Sequence record: MZ726793.1
Direction: 5' to 3' (one strand)
From: Escherichia phage vB_EcoM_ASO2A
DNA: 64,000 nt
Made by a program: the position numbers and the translations under genes
The notes under the pieces: model-generated
What the model saw: only the letters and a program-made list of their open reading frames with translations
What the model was told of the DNA's origin: nothing
The model's database searches: none
Shown: positions 18,869 to 28,401 of the stretch, piece after piece
How the letters are laid out: each line of letters opens with the position of its first letter
Position numbering within the stretch: the first letter of the stretch is position 1

Positions 18869-19747
18869 TTATTTAAGGATTGTTGCTTTGGTTAAATCTT
18901 CCATCAGACCTCGAATCTCATTGAAGCACAGAAGGACTGAAGCTTCAATACTGCCTTCTTCGTCTGCAAAATATTTCGGAAAACGTAGTTTAGAAAGTTT
19001 AAACTCTTTATCCACTACGAAATCTACAACACCGTCATATTCAAGACCGATTGCAACAACATCTTTACCATCTTCTTTTAGTTCGACAGCTTTAGACTCG
19101 TATAGGGATTCTTTACTCCAAACAACAACGCCCTCGCTATCCTCCATTTTGATATAATTTCCGAGAGTAATACGATCTGCTTCGTGATTCTCCAGCAATT
19201 CACCAAAACCTTTTACAATAGCTTCTTCATGCACACTAAAACCTACCGAAGGGAAAGTCCCCAGAACGGAACGGAGGAAAGAAGTAATCTCTTCTGCAAC
19301 CTTTTTACTTCCATTAAGAACATAAAGAAGATTCGTAGTTTTATCCAAGACAACATAGTTAAAGAAATCTTCAGGTTCTGTTTCAGGCAATAGTGCAAAT
19401 TCAATATCTTCCTTCATTGCTTTTACTACTTCTTTATCGACATAAAACTCTTTACCTTCGCTCTCCATGTCCTGACGCATTTCTTCTAGACGTTCATTCA
19501 GAATACGTTTAACTTTCTTTTTATCTACCTTCTTCACAGATTGACCTACATTAAGCAGTTCAAGATCTGAAAACTCTTTTACAAATTTAGAGTCATCTTC
19601 GAAACGAACAAGACCGATAGTGTGTGACTGGGAGCCTTCTGCTGTTACAAATTCCAGAGGAATATCTGTAATGTTGTTAAGGGATGCTACAGAAGCATTG
19701 TCACCAACAACCATAGGCAGAGCGGATTTAAAAGATTTTACAAACAT
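18869..19747 (-). CDS. hypothetical protein (292 aa)
   Basis: ORF; no motif recognised. Confidence 0.45.
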   Translation of the reverse strand: MFVKSFKSALPMVVGDNASVASLNNITDIPLEFVTAEGSQSHTIGLVRFEDDSKFVKEFSDLELLNVGQSVKKVDKKKVKRILNERLEEMRQDMESEGKEFYVDKEVVKAMKEDIEFALLPETEPEDFFNYVVLDKTTNLLYVLNGSKKVAEEITSFLRSVLGTFPSVGFSVHEEAIVKGFGELLENHEADRITLGNYIKMEDSEGVVVWSKESLYESKAVELKEDGKDVVAIGLEYDGVVDFVVDKEFKLSKLRFPKYFADEEGSIEASVLLCFNEIRGLMEDLTKATILK

Positions 19748-19803
19748 GTTTCCTCCTATTTAATACATCTCACATTACCGCCCGTAAAGGGCGGCTTACA
19801 ACA

Positions 19804-20529
19804 TTACTTGTTAATAATACCTGCAATATTAGGTTTGACAAAGGTCGATGGTTTCATGATCTTACCTTTATCATCAAAGAACACATACACTTTCTGTTTT
19901 TCATTATAAACAGCATGAACACCAGTGTATGCCCCTTCTGGACGATTGGCATTTCGTTCTTCAATTGCAGCGCATTCTTGTGCAATGGCTGAATCGATAT
20001 CCGAAGTTTTCCAAGTTTTCAGCAACTGTTGTTTAGTTGGATACTTGGAATCATTACTTTTCAATACCTCTTTAATAACTTTCTTTTCTGGATATTTTGA
20101 ACGGATTAGAGTGTCACGAGACATACGCATAATACCAGCAGCCATTAGTGCCATTTGAACTGGCTCTGTAAATGTTTGTTCCAAAGCATCAAAATCAGTA
20201 TACACAGTTGGAGTAAAAACATCGCCTACAGCATAGTCCAAGAAATTCATCGTATGTTCTTCACCAAAGAACATGTAAGTCAGATAACTGGATACTACAA
20301 AAATATCCGCTGCTGCATCCAAGAGTTCTACATGATCGTTTACTTTCGCGGCTGTTTCATACTCTTTAAGCTCTTCACGAACGAACCCGATTTGGGACAT
20401 AAATAACTCTTGAGTGAATTCAGGTTGTTCACCACCTCGTGCTTTGGCATTCCAATCAATTACGTGCTTTGCTGCATTTTTGAAAAATTCAGTATCGAAT
20501 TTAATATCTTTAAAAAAATTCTCGATCAT
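19804..20529 (-). CDS. MazG-like nucleoside triphosphate pyrophosphohydrolase
   Basis: REELKEYETAAKVNDHVELLDAAADIFV (EExxE ... ExxD pattern). Confidence 0.5.
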   Translation of the reverse strand: MIENFFKDIKFDTEFFKNAAKHVIDWNAKARGGEQPEFTQELFMSQIGFVREELKEYETAAKVNDHVELLDAAADIFVVSSYLTYMFFGEEHTMNFLDYAVGDVFTPTVYTDFDALEQTFTEPVQMALMAAGIMRMSRDTLIRSKYPEKKVIKEVLKSNDSKYPTKQQLLKTWKTSDIDSAIAQECAAIEERNANRPEGAYTGVHAVYNEKQKVYVFFDDKGKIMKPSTFVKPNIAGIINK

Positions 20530-20538
20530 TATAACTCC

Positions 20539-20721
20539 TTATTTAAAATAGCTTTCTAGAAAGTTGCTAATATTTACTACAGACTCACCCATGTAAATCC
20601 CTGCGAAACCGAAAACAAGCATACGTGGAATATTGAAATACCATTTATCTGCCGGAAAAGATGCCAGAATTACAATAGCAATTGCTATCAACATCATAAG
20701 AATTGTTGCTAAAATTATCAT
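20539..20721 (-). CDS. small membrane protein (60 aa)
   Basis: Two hydrophobic segments. Confidence 0.3.
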   Translation of the reverse strand: MIILATILMMLIAIAIVILASFPADKWYFNIPRMLVFGFAGIYMGESVVNISNFLESYFK

Positions 20722-20774
20722 AAAAATGCCTCCAGGTATTTTTCACAATGATAAGCTAAGAACATTTTTCCTCC

Positions 20775-21902
20775 TTATTCTGCTGGTTCCCAAGTGCCTG
20801 GGATCATTTCTCGAATACGAACACCAACAGGTTTTGTTGGAATACCTTCATCTGAAAATTCTTCATACTCTATTTCAACGAACTGATTAATCAAGGTAGA
20901 AGCATTCTCTGCTTTACGATAATTGATAGTCTCATGAGCATCTTTACGCATTAAGAATTCGACTACTTTACCATTTTCCATCTCGCCTGTCAACACTCCA
21001 TCACCATTTTTATCACTTTTTGAATTTATTACTTTAACTTCAAGCGTATGACGAGGCTTACGTTTAATAACATCATAAGAACGTTTATCAAATTCGTAAA
21101 CTCCGTGAGCATTACGATATACTACACCTTCAGCTTTCTCAAGTAAAGCTTTTTCATAGAAAGCATCAAACTGTTCTTGGTTTTCAATATACTCTGTATG
21201 AACTACACAAATAAGCTCATCAAGACCATAATCCTCCACTACTGCCTTAAGAGCAGTAAGAACATCAACACGTTTTTCAAACGGTAGATCTGGAACTGGA
21301 ATATCGTATACGTAATAGTTCAGCAAAGGTGTATTTGCATTATGCTTCTTCCAGGCACTGTTAATTTGTTGTAGACTAAGGACACCTAACCCAGCAAACA
21401 CTTCACCATCAAGAGGATGACCAACAACTTCACTAATAAAGTTTGGAATACCTTTCCAATGAGGTGGCAGGTTATACACTTCCCCAGCTTTTGATAAACA
21501 CTCCCCTTTCATGTTAATCATAGAACGTAACCCGTTCAGTTTGTATTGTGCATAACCAGGGAACACAACCCTTTCAGGATAATCTTTATAATCCTGGCAT
21601 TTCATTGGTGTGGAAGGAACATGGTTTTCAGCTTCTTCTTTTGTTTTATAATAGCCATTCTTTAACTGTTTTGTCCATTTGGCAAAAGCTTCAAGTTCAG
21701 CTTGTTCTTCCGGTGTTGTTTCATTGGAACGACCAATGTTTTTTGCTTCTGCTGTATAAGATTTTTCTGTGATTTTTCCACCTACCCTTCCATGAGCTAC
21801 AGTAACAACTGCACCATCTGTATACACTGTCCACTGTTTAAGTTTTCCTTTTGAATCTTTACCATACAGCGTTTGATTTGTTTGTTGCATTAGTCCTCCC
21901 AT
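20775..21902 (-). CDS. ATP-dependent DNA ligase (T7-like)
   Basis: Motif I YKLNGLR (KxDGxR-like with Asn), motif V EGVVYRN...KRKP and C-terminal OB-like region; 375 aa. Confidence 0.65.
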   Translation of the reverse strand: MGGLMQQTNQTLYGKDSKGKLKQWTVYTDGAVVTVAHGRVGGKITEKSYTAEAKNIGRSNETTPEEQAELEAFAKWTKQLKNGYYKTKEEAENHVPSTPMKCQDYKDYPERVVFPGYAQYKLNGLRSMINMKGECLSKAGEVYNLPPHWKGIPNFISEVVGHPLDGEVFAGLGVLSLQQINSAWKKHNANTPLLNYYVYDIPVPDLPFEKRVDVLTALKAVVEDYGLDELICVVHTEYIENQEQFDAFYEKALLEKAEGVVYRNAHGVYEFDKRSYDVIKRKPRHTLEVKVINSKSDKNGDGVLTGEMENGKVVEFLMRKDAHETINYRKAENASTLINQFVEIEYEEFSDEGIPTKPVGVRIREMIPGTWEPAE

Positions 21903-22111
21903 TTAAAAACTGAAATTTTCAATCTGTTACACACTTCATCCAAATCTGCGTCGAGTAACGTTGTAGATGTTGCCAACATATAATCAATGCTTGTGAAACC
22001 TTGCCCTTTGGCATAGTCAAACATATCTTCATACATATCTTCAAGATCACCGTCATCAAAAGTAGCTAGAAAATCCTCGTCCCCACTACGAACATAAAAT
22101 GCAGTACTCAT
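21890..22111 (-). CDS. hypothetical acidic protein (73 aa)
   Basis: ORF only. Confidence 0.3.
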   Translation of the reverse strand: MSTAFYVRSGDEDFLATFDDGDLEDMYEDMFDYAKGQGFTSIDYMLATSTTLLDADLDEVCNRLKISVFKWED

Positions 22112-22296
22112 TCATCTTCATCCCAAGATTCAAAAACGCAGCAATCATCGGTTTCTATAATACCAACACGTCCGCAGGTATTGCAAGTGATTTTATCACC
22201 GTAGAATAAATAATTTTTATCACCCTCTGTGTTTACAGAGATTTCATGACTGCCACAAGGACAAGTCAGCCAATCAACAACGATATCTTTTTTCAT
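22108..22296 (-). CDS. Zn-ribbon protein (62 aa)
   Basis: CPCG ... CNTCGR. Confidence 0.35.
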   Translation of the reverse strand: MKKDIVVDWLTCPCGSHEISVNTEGDKNYLFYGDKITCNTCGRVGIIETDDCCVFESWDEDE

Positions 22297-22305
22297 AATC
22301 CCTCC

Positions 22306-22632
22306 TTAAGCGTTCAGTTCGTTGTTGAGTTCGTAAATCTCTTCTTGAAGAGCATCAATCTCTTCCTCCAAACGGGAGATCTCTTCTTTTAGATATACCA
22401 TTTCTGATTCTTTCTCTTCTAACTCATTTTCAAATTTTACTTTATTCGCCTCATTTTCATAATGGAGTTCAGCGTAATCATCGCGCATTTGTTCAATAAG
22501 ATGAATCAGAGACAAGATGTAATTATCTCCCGTTTCATCACGCCATTCTTCACCGTGGCGGAGAACGGTAATTCGTCCAGTATCTTCATCTAAAATTGTC
22601 TCATATTTACGATCATCTGTATAAATCTGCAT
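22306..22632 (-). CDS. coiled-coil protein (108 aa)
   Basis: Glu/Leu-rich heptad-like C-terminus. Confidence 0.35.
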   Translation of the reverse strand: MQIYTDDRKYETILDEDTGRITVLRHGEEWRDETGDNYILSLIHLIEQMRDDYAELHYENEANKVKFENELEEKESEMVYLKEEISRLEEEIDALQEEIYELNNELNA

Positions 22633-22641
22633 TATTACTCC

Positions 22642-23046
22642 TTATTGAAGTTTAAGTGAACCACGAAGACGTTTCTCTTGCTGATCACGAATATATTGTG
22701 GAACCTCGTGAATTGAATCATTACCGTGCCTATTTTCAACAACTAAAGAGATAACTTGATAACCAAACTCTTCAGCAAGAGTTAGATAAGGTTTAAGTTC
22801 TTTCTCTGTGGTTGAAGTGTTAGAAACAATAATCTTGTTAAGATTAGATGCCATAGCATCACGAACAATACTCTGACACCATGCGTGTGCTTTACCTACG
22901 TTTTCTGGCTTCCAATCGTAAACACCACTTTCTGTGTAATGATATTGATCTGCCTCACAGATAGGCCAATAACCTTCAGAAATAATTTCTGCTACTGTAG
23001 ATTTACCAGCACCTGAAACGCCACGTAAAATGATAAGTTGTTTCAT
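22642..23046 (-). CDS. P-loop kinase, polynucleotide-kinase-like
   Basis: Walker A ILRGVSGAGKST in a 134-aa protein; last gene of a three-gene set. Confidence 0.5.
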   Translation of the reverse strand: MKQLIILRGVSGAGKSTVAEIISEGYWPICEADQYHYTESGVYDWKPENVGKAHAWCQSIVRDAMASNLNKIIVSNTSTTEKELKPYLTLAEEFGYQVISLVVENRHGNDSIHEVPQYIRDQQEKRLRGSLKLQ

Positions 23047-23979
23047 TTATCCTCCAAAGAAGTTTTCGATTTTTTCACGTCGCTCCTGCTGATTTAAAGC
23101 AGCCCATTGAGTCTTCGTAAAATTATTTCGAATCCATTCTAACAAAGCGTAATATTCTTCGTCAACAATTTGTTTGGCATTTTTTGGATTATCCCAAATC
23201 AGATCCCACTTTTTATCTCCACCACGCATAAGAAACTTCTTAGTAAGATAGTGTGGTGATTTAATTTTTAAAAGTAAGTTGAACGGATAGTTTGTTTCAC
23301 GAACTACAAATCCTTCGTGTTTACAATGTTTAGACATTTCAACAACATCTGAAAACTTAACCATTGGATGAACTTCAGGACGCTTAAATTTGGTGACAGA
23401 AGCAATTCCATCAAGAGCACCTTCAGGTAACATAAAACTTGTCCCATCAGGATTTTGAATTCTGGCACCAATTAAGTATGCACCTGGTTCTTCTTCGACA
23501 ATATGCGGATCAGAAGGATCACAGATTTCAAAAAGGAAAGTTGCTTTTGCACTCTCTATCCATTTGATGAAATGTTCTATGTCATCACACTCTGAAATAA
23601 TATGATTCTTTGCAATACTTGCAAAATCTGATTCAAGGCTTCCTGTTGTCGATACAATAAGTTGACCTTTATATACACCTACAGAGGCCATAAAACCATT
23701 TACTTTACGAACCACATCTACAAATTCATCCGCTGGTAGATCTGTGCCATTCTCAAAACGATTAAAAATCTTAGTGAAAGGCCAAATAACAACATTGTCA
23801 TCATCGTCAACAACGATTCCGCGACATTCTAGAAGACGAGAATCAATGTTCCACAGGTTATCCCAGAAAACTTTGTTCTTATACTTAAGAACAGATAGAC
23901 CAGAATACTCTCCTTCTTTATATGTTTTCTTATGAACTAAACCTTTTTCAACCAAATCGTCGCAATTAAATTTAGCCAC
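23047..23979 (-). CDS. RNA ligase-like nucleotidyltransferase
   Basis: Motif I RKVNGF (KxNG), EGFVVRE and LLKIK motifs; flanked by phosphoesterase and kinase genes. Confidence 0.5.
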   Translation of the reverse strand: MAKFNCDDLVEKGLVHKKTYKEGEYSGLSVLKYKNKVFWDNLWNIDSRLLECRGIVVDDDDNVVIWPFTKIFNRFENGTDLPADEFVDVVRKVNGFMASVGVYKGQLIVSTTGSLESDFASIAKNHIISECDDIEHFIKWIESAKATFLFEICDPSDPHIVEEEPGAYLIGARIQNPDGTSFMLPEGALDGIASVTKFKRPEVHPMVKFSDVVEMSKHCKHEGFVVRETNYPFNLLLKIKSPHYLTKKFLMRGGDKKWDLIWDNPKNAKQIVDEEYYALLEWIRNNFTKTQWAALNQQERREKIENFFGG

Positions 23980-23980
23980 A

Positions 23981-24532
23981 TTACTCTCCTTTGATTATTT
24001 TGTGATGGTCTACAGTTACGATATCTCGTTTACTCATCATAGAAATTATCTCATCAAAATGTAAGATTTTTCCGTGTGCATCCCAACCCACATCTAACAT
24101 TTTACCATAAGCTTCATCAGGGAAAGATCCGTGGGAATGCCCGTGTAGCATGATTGATCCACGACCTTGCTTATTCCAGGAGGCCATAGGGTAATGGCTT
24201 AAGACGAAGAACAGCTTCTGATATTTCACTTCGTCATAATACACCACTTCTCCATACTCTGCAAGCACTTCTCGGTGTTTGCTGTAATCATGGTTCCCAA
24301 CACAATAAGTGATATCCCCTTGGAGGCGGGAAGCAATCTTACGGGTATCTTCTTCAGTCCCGAAACAGAAGTCACCCAAATGCCACATCTTGACACCTGG
24401 ACTCGTAGCGCATTTATTCCATGCTTCGATCAGTGCTTCTGTCATGTGGTCCATATCTTCCCACGGTCGATATTCAGGAGCAAACTCTCGTATACGTTTG
24501 TGCATAAAATGCAAATCACTTGTAATAAACAT
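23981..24532 (-). CDS. calcineurin-like metallophosphoesterase
   Basis: Signature DLHFMH ... GDFCFG ... GNHD ... GHSH. Confidence 0.7.
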   Translation of the reverse strand: MFITSDLHFMHKRIREFAPEYRPWEDMDHMTEALIEAWNKCATSPGVKMWHLGDFCFGTEEDTRKIASRLQGDITYCVGNHDYSKHREVLAEYGEVVYYDEVKYQKLFFVLSHYPMASWNKQGRGSIMLHGHSHGSFPDEAYGKMLDVGWDAHGKILHFDEIISMMSKRDIVTVDHHKIIKGE

Positions 24533-24888
24533 TAGTATAATCCCTCGCTAAATAGGTCACGATCATGACCATTACGTTCGTAGTCAATCTGGTCTGCGTG
24601 TTTTGCAATAATGTATGCATCTTCACGACTCCACCAATTGTAGTATTGATCAATAAAACCTTGATTGTTTGGAAGACAATGCACTTTATCAAGCACACCT
24701 GCTTCTTTCAATACATTCAATTGTGCTGATAATATAGGATTTGCATGTCGAACACAAGGAATAATTAACTCTTCACCATTTTTCAGAATATATTTATTCG
24801 CAGCACAGACGATAACACGTTGCGCATAATGACCCTCACCAATCCAGGTAAGAGGTTGGTAACAAATATTGTTTTCAATACCACTCAT
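24532..24888 (-). CDS. hypothetical protein (118 aa)
   Basis: ORF, ATGA coupling. Confidence 0.4.
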   Translation of the reverse strand: MSGIENNICYQPLTWIGEGHYAQRVIVCAANKYILKNGEELIIPCVRHANPILSAQLNVLKEAGVLDKVHCLPNNQGFIDQYYNWWSREDAYIIAKHADQIDYERNGHDRDLFSEGLY

Positions 24889-25047
24889 TGTTTCCTAATC
24901 CTCCTCTCTTAAGTTATCCTCGATAAAACTAGTATCTGGAAGTAAAAGATCATTACTTGTGTCGGGCCAATCCTCTTCTTCTCGGTAGATAAAATAACCT
25001 TCGTCCTCTTCTTGTTCCGACCAAACCGAATGATGCATGTTCTCTCC

Positions 25048-25404
25048 TTAATAGTGCACACGAATCATTTTAATACCATAACGCAGCATGGATTCTTTTG
25101 CAAGCATGAATTTATCCCCAGCGGCTGGATTAGAAGTATGCACGAAAATGGTAGGTGAACCAAAGCAAGGTTTACCAAACGCCAGAAGTTCTTCCAGGCA
25201 CAGGAAAACATCATACCCATCTTGGTCAGAATCTTCACCCAAATCGTTGTCAAAATGCCACTCGTCTACAAAACGATAACCCTTCTGCACCTCATTCATG
25301 TAGCGAGAGGCAAGAAGTTCCTGTGATGTTTTAAACCAGATTGCATCTGGACAACCATAATCTTTTGGATCACGTAAATCATCAAGCCAAATAATAGTAC
25401 CCAT
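25048..25404 (-). CDS. hypothetical protein (118 aa)
   Basis: ORF; no confident motif. Confidence 0.4.
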   Translation of the reverse strand: MGTIIWLDDLRDPKDYGCPDAIWFKTSQELLASRYMNEVQKGYRFVDEWHFDNDLGEDSDQDGYDVFLCLEELLAFGKPCFGSPTIFVHTSNPAAGDKFMLAKESMLRYGIKMIRVHY

Positions 25405-25414
25405 ATAACCTCCT

Positions 25415-25885
25415 CTAAGCTGGCATGATTAAAAAAGAACTCTCCACTTCAAAATGCCAATCATCTACAAGCCCTGATTCCCAATCCTTCTCTTCATGGA
25501 AAGAGCAAATCCAACGGTACATACCTGGCGGTGTATTCTCAACATCTTCTGGCAACCCGTAATCCAAAGCTGTCAAACCGTTCTCTGTAAAACTAGAATG
25601 GAGATTAGGAGCTTTCAATACAGAAACCCTGCCTCCAACATCTACAGCCACAATCCACTCTGTCATGTATGGGCTGTCATATTGAGGCTCATCAGAACCT
25701 ACCTCAACAGCCTCTGTGCGTAAGATGATAAGAGGCTGCTCTGTGATTGGGGCTTTGACAATATACCCGTGATCCTCAAAAAGATCGATAACCTCGAACT
25801 CATCGCCGTTTTCGACACCATAACTCTTATTCAAAGAGATAAACTTCGGGTTATCATCGTAAGCTTTAGTTACTTTAATTCTCAT
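25415..25885 (-). CDS. hypothetical protein (156 aa)
   Basis: ORF. Confidence 0.4.
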   Translation of the reverse strand: MRIKVTKAYDDNPKFISLNKSYGVENGDEFEVIDLFEDHGYIVKAPITEQPLIILRTEAVEVGSDEPQYDSPYMTEWIVAVDVGGRVSVLKAPNLHSSFTENGLTALDYGLPEDVENTPPGMYRWICSFHEEKDWESGLVDDWHFEVESSFLIMPA

Positions 25886-26106
25886 TTTTCCTCCTTCACT
25901 TTAACCTCAAATTCTACAGGCTTACCCTCAATGTAAAAACACTGATACTCTGCCTTATCATCCTCATCACGAGGCCAAGTTACCAAGGAGTTATAGCAAT
26001 CTTCTGGTGTTTTGAAGATGTTTTTAGTCTCCACAGTAACATTCCCATTAAGTGTTGCCAATACCACCCACCCAGCTACAGGGATCATAGTGCCTCCACT
26101 TTCCAC
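25882..26106 (-). CDS. hypothetical protein (74 aa)
   Basis: ORF, 4-nt overlap coupling. Confidence 0.3.
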   Translation of the reverse strand: MESGGTMIPVAGWVVLATLNGNVTVETKNIFKTPEDCYNSLVTWPRDEDDKAEYQCFYIEGKPVEFEVKVKEEK

Positions 26107-26267
26107 GTTTTACCCTTATCAACCAAGGTCTTTGCTACAGCATACTCCTTCCCATTAACAAGGAAATAATAAACGATAAAAGATTTCCCGATTGTTACTG
26201 TCTTAGTAACCTCTACACGTTTAACACCTTGCATGTATTTTGCCTTACCGGAATAGAGTAAAATCAT
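26085..26267 (-). CDS. hypothetical protein (60 aa)
   Basis: ORF. Confidence 0.3.
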   Translation of the reverse strand: MILLYSGKAKYMQGVKRVEVTKTVTIGKSFIVYYFLVNGKEYAVAKTLVDKGKTWKVEAL

Positions 26268-26545
26268 TTTGCATTCCTCTTGTTGTTGATAACATCCATA
26301 GCAGTATATGGTTTATTAGTGCCATGATACTCCAGAATCATTGGAGAGCCTTCTTGCACTACTTCAAAGATACCATAAACAGAACTTTCAGCAAATACCA
26401 TTTGCTTCGTGCCTTCATCGTTTACAACGAGAGAAAACTTCTTGCCTGTCCCGTTGAGGATCTCGTATTTCTTGCCAGCAGTGAATAATCCAGAGTACCA
26501 CTCATTATCTGTTGCTTTTACACACTTCAGGAAAGTCTTGATCAT
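26264..26545 (-). CDS. hypothetical protein (93 aa)
   Basis: ORF, coupled. Confidence 0.35.
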   Translation of the reverse strand: MIKTFLKCVKATDNEWYSGLFTAGKKYEILNGTGKKFSLVVNDEGTKQMVFAESSVYGIFEVVQEGSPMILEYHGTNKPYTAMDVINNKRNAK

Positions 26546-26895
26546 TTCTTTTTGCTCCTCTTTTTAGATTTCTCATACAAACCTAACACAGCCGCTTCTT
26601 TTGCACAAGTAGGAACTGAAGTCATCCCTCTTCTTTTTGCTTCTGGTAGTTGCAAAGTCCATATTCCCCACCAATAAATTTGGTCTGCCGTGAGTGGTTC
26701 AGCCATTGGATCTGCCTCCTGCTCCTCAAGACGTTGCAACGCTTCTTCAATCTTCTCGATTGGTGTGTCAAAGACGAATGCCTCCGTATCAAATTTATCT
26801 TTCTTAGGAACTGATTTGGCTACTTTGAGAACCTCGTTTTTCGGTTTCTTAGTAACGTTCTTTGGCTTTGATAACTTCTTCGGTGTTTTCGCCAC
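26542..26895 (-). CDS. lysine-rich protein, possible DNA-binding
   Basis: N-terminal MAKTPKKLSKPKNVTKKPK and C-terminal KKRSKKK. Confidence 0.35.
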   Translation of the reverse strand: MAKTPKKLSKPKNVTKKPKNEVLKVAKSVPKKDKFDTEAFVFDTPIEKIEEALQRLEEQEADPMAEPLTADQIYWWGIWTLQLPEAKRRGMTSVPTCAKEAAVLGLYEKSKKRSKKK

Positions 26896-27088
26896 TTACT
26901 ACCTCCATACGATCTAAAAAGTCATTCACAAATCTCCAGTAACGTTGACCTGTTCTAAGATCTTCATAGATAACCACAGGATCAAACACTTTAGATATTC
27001 CGGCAGGTTTTGGAAATTCCACTACTGTATATAAACCACCTTTTGCTACACAAGAATAGGTTACGCCTGTAATTGGATAGTTGCTCAT
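26849..27088 (-). CDS. hypothetical protein (79 aa)
   Basis: ORF. Confidence 0.3.
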   Translation of the reverse strand: MSNYPITGVTYSCVAKGGLYTVVEFPKPAGISKVFDPVVIYEDLRTGQRYWRFVNDFLDRMEVVSGENTEEVIKAKERY

Positions 27089-27279
27089 TTCTTTACGTAC
27101 TCCATGATTGGGGTATGGTCGCCAGTAAGCGTAACACGGCTGTAGGACACATCTTGTGTCTTCAACGTATCAATCCACTCTAAGAAGTGTTCTTTAGCTT
27201 CTGTGTAGTTCTGTGTGCCTTTAACAACGTGTATACCATCTAGCGTTACACGGAATACCATTTGAATAACGTCTTTCAT
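27085..27279 (-). CDS. hypothetical protein (64 aa)
   Basis: ORF. Confidence 0.3.
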   Translation of the reverse strand: MKDVIQMVFRVTLDGIHVVKGTQNYTEAKEHFLEWIDTLKTQDVSYSRVTLTGDHTPIMEYVKK

Positions 27280-27392
27280 TTCTTACCTCCTTTGTTGTCA
27301 AAGTAGCTTACCAGAACATCGTGAACCACACACATGGCAAAAATCAGAACAATTGTTGCCAGGATTGGGTTCTCACTAATTAGTGCTATCAT
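27276..27392 (-). CDS. small hydrophobic peptide (38 aa)
   Basis: Manual translation MIALISENPILATIVLIFAMCVVHDVLVSYFDNKGGKK; stop overlaps next start. Confidence 0.25.
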   Translation of the reverse strand: MIALISENPILATIVLIFAMCVVHDVLVSYFDNKGGKK

Positions 27393-27699
27393 CTTTAACC
27401 ACCTCCAATTGCCTTTCTAGTTTGACTCTGTTTGAGAACTGATAATGACACAACTTACATTGCATGTCAACAATCTGATCGTGATTTAACCCTACAATTT
27501 TAACTTCCTTTGCACCATCCCACTCCAAATACTCAAAGCCATCCAAATGATTACTCTTGTACAACAGGAATGCTATCTGCTTCCATTCAATCTGAATATC
27601 ATTTAAATGATATGCTGCACAGAAGATATCCTCATAGTAAAAGACGATCATTGTCATTGCTTCGTCAAGTACAACTACCTCTTGTCTTGTAAATCTCAT
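27376..27699 (-). CDS. hypothetical protein (107 aa), first gene of leftward block
   Basis: ORF adjacent to divergent intergenic region. Confidence 0.4.
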   Translation of the reverse strand: MRFTRQEVVVLDEAMTMIVFYYEDIFCAAYHLNDIQIEWKQIAFLLYKSNHLDGFEYLEWDGAKEVKIVGLNHDQIVDMQCKLCHYQFSNRVKLERQLEVVKDDSTN

Positions 27700-27940
27700 T
27701 CTAGCCTCCTAAACGCGTCTCTGACGCACTTTTATATATAAGATGATAAATCACCTTACCTAGTAAGTAAACTTGCTCTACAGCCTCTTATGAAGCTTAT
27801 GTTATAGGCTATACTATTGCTACCTGTTTAAGCAAGGTTTTTGCACACAGAAAATAATTTTTAATAAAACTCTTGACTTTTGTGTTCGAAGTATGCTACC
27901 CTAGAAATCTATTAACGAGCGCAGCGAGTTAAGGTTTTAG

Positions 27941-28160
27941 GTTGGTGATGTAGTACTCTGTACTCAAGTACTGTACTCCGTACTAGATTAATAATTATTA
28001 AATATTAATAATAAATAATTATTAGATCTAACAAACAGGTACAGTGTATCAGAACTGGTACGTACAGATCAACTTCTATCAATTAAAAATAAAATAATAA
28101 ATTATTATAAATAATACTTGATCTATAGATTAGTATGAAGTACAGTACGAAACATCTTAA
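27941..28160. repeat. AT-rich region with clustered GTAC(T) repeats and AT palindromes
   Basis: GTACT five times in 27951-27985, further GTAC copies around 28040-28150, palindromic AT-only core about 27988-28030. Confidence 0.6.
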
Positions 28161-28178
28161 CAAGAATGGAGGTGTGCA

Positions 28179-28364
28179 ATGATTAGTGAGAATCCGTGCA
28201 AATGGCATCATGTGCCTATTAAAGATTGTATGTCTTGTAATCCACGTTCTATTTATAACATTGCATCTTATGATGATGACAATGTGTTAGACGATGATGA
28301 AGGCTGGGAGGATTTAGATTGGACTGGTTATGAAACCAAAAAGGATAAAATTATTCCTAGTTGA
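28179..28364 (+). CDS. small Cys-rich protein (61 aa)
   Basis: CKWHH ... CMSC; RBS GGAGG upstream. Confidence 0.35.
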   Translation: MISENPCKWHHVPIKDCMSCNPRSIYNIASYDDDNVLDDDEGWEDLDWTGYETKKDKIIPS

Positions 28365-28401
28365 CTTAAGATATCCTTCGTGCTAAACTAGAAGTGAGGA
28401 G

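Noticed and set aside
27941-28160. Possible CRISPR array
   Set aside because: Repeat units are only 4-5 nt, irregularly spaced, and set in AT-rich palindromic sequence; no spacer structure.
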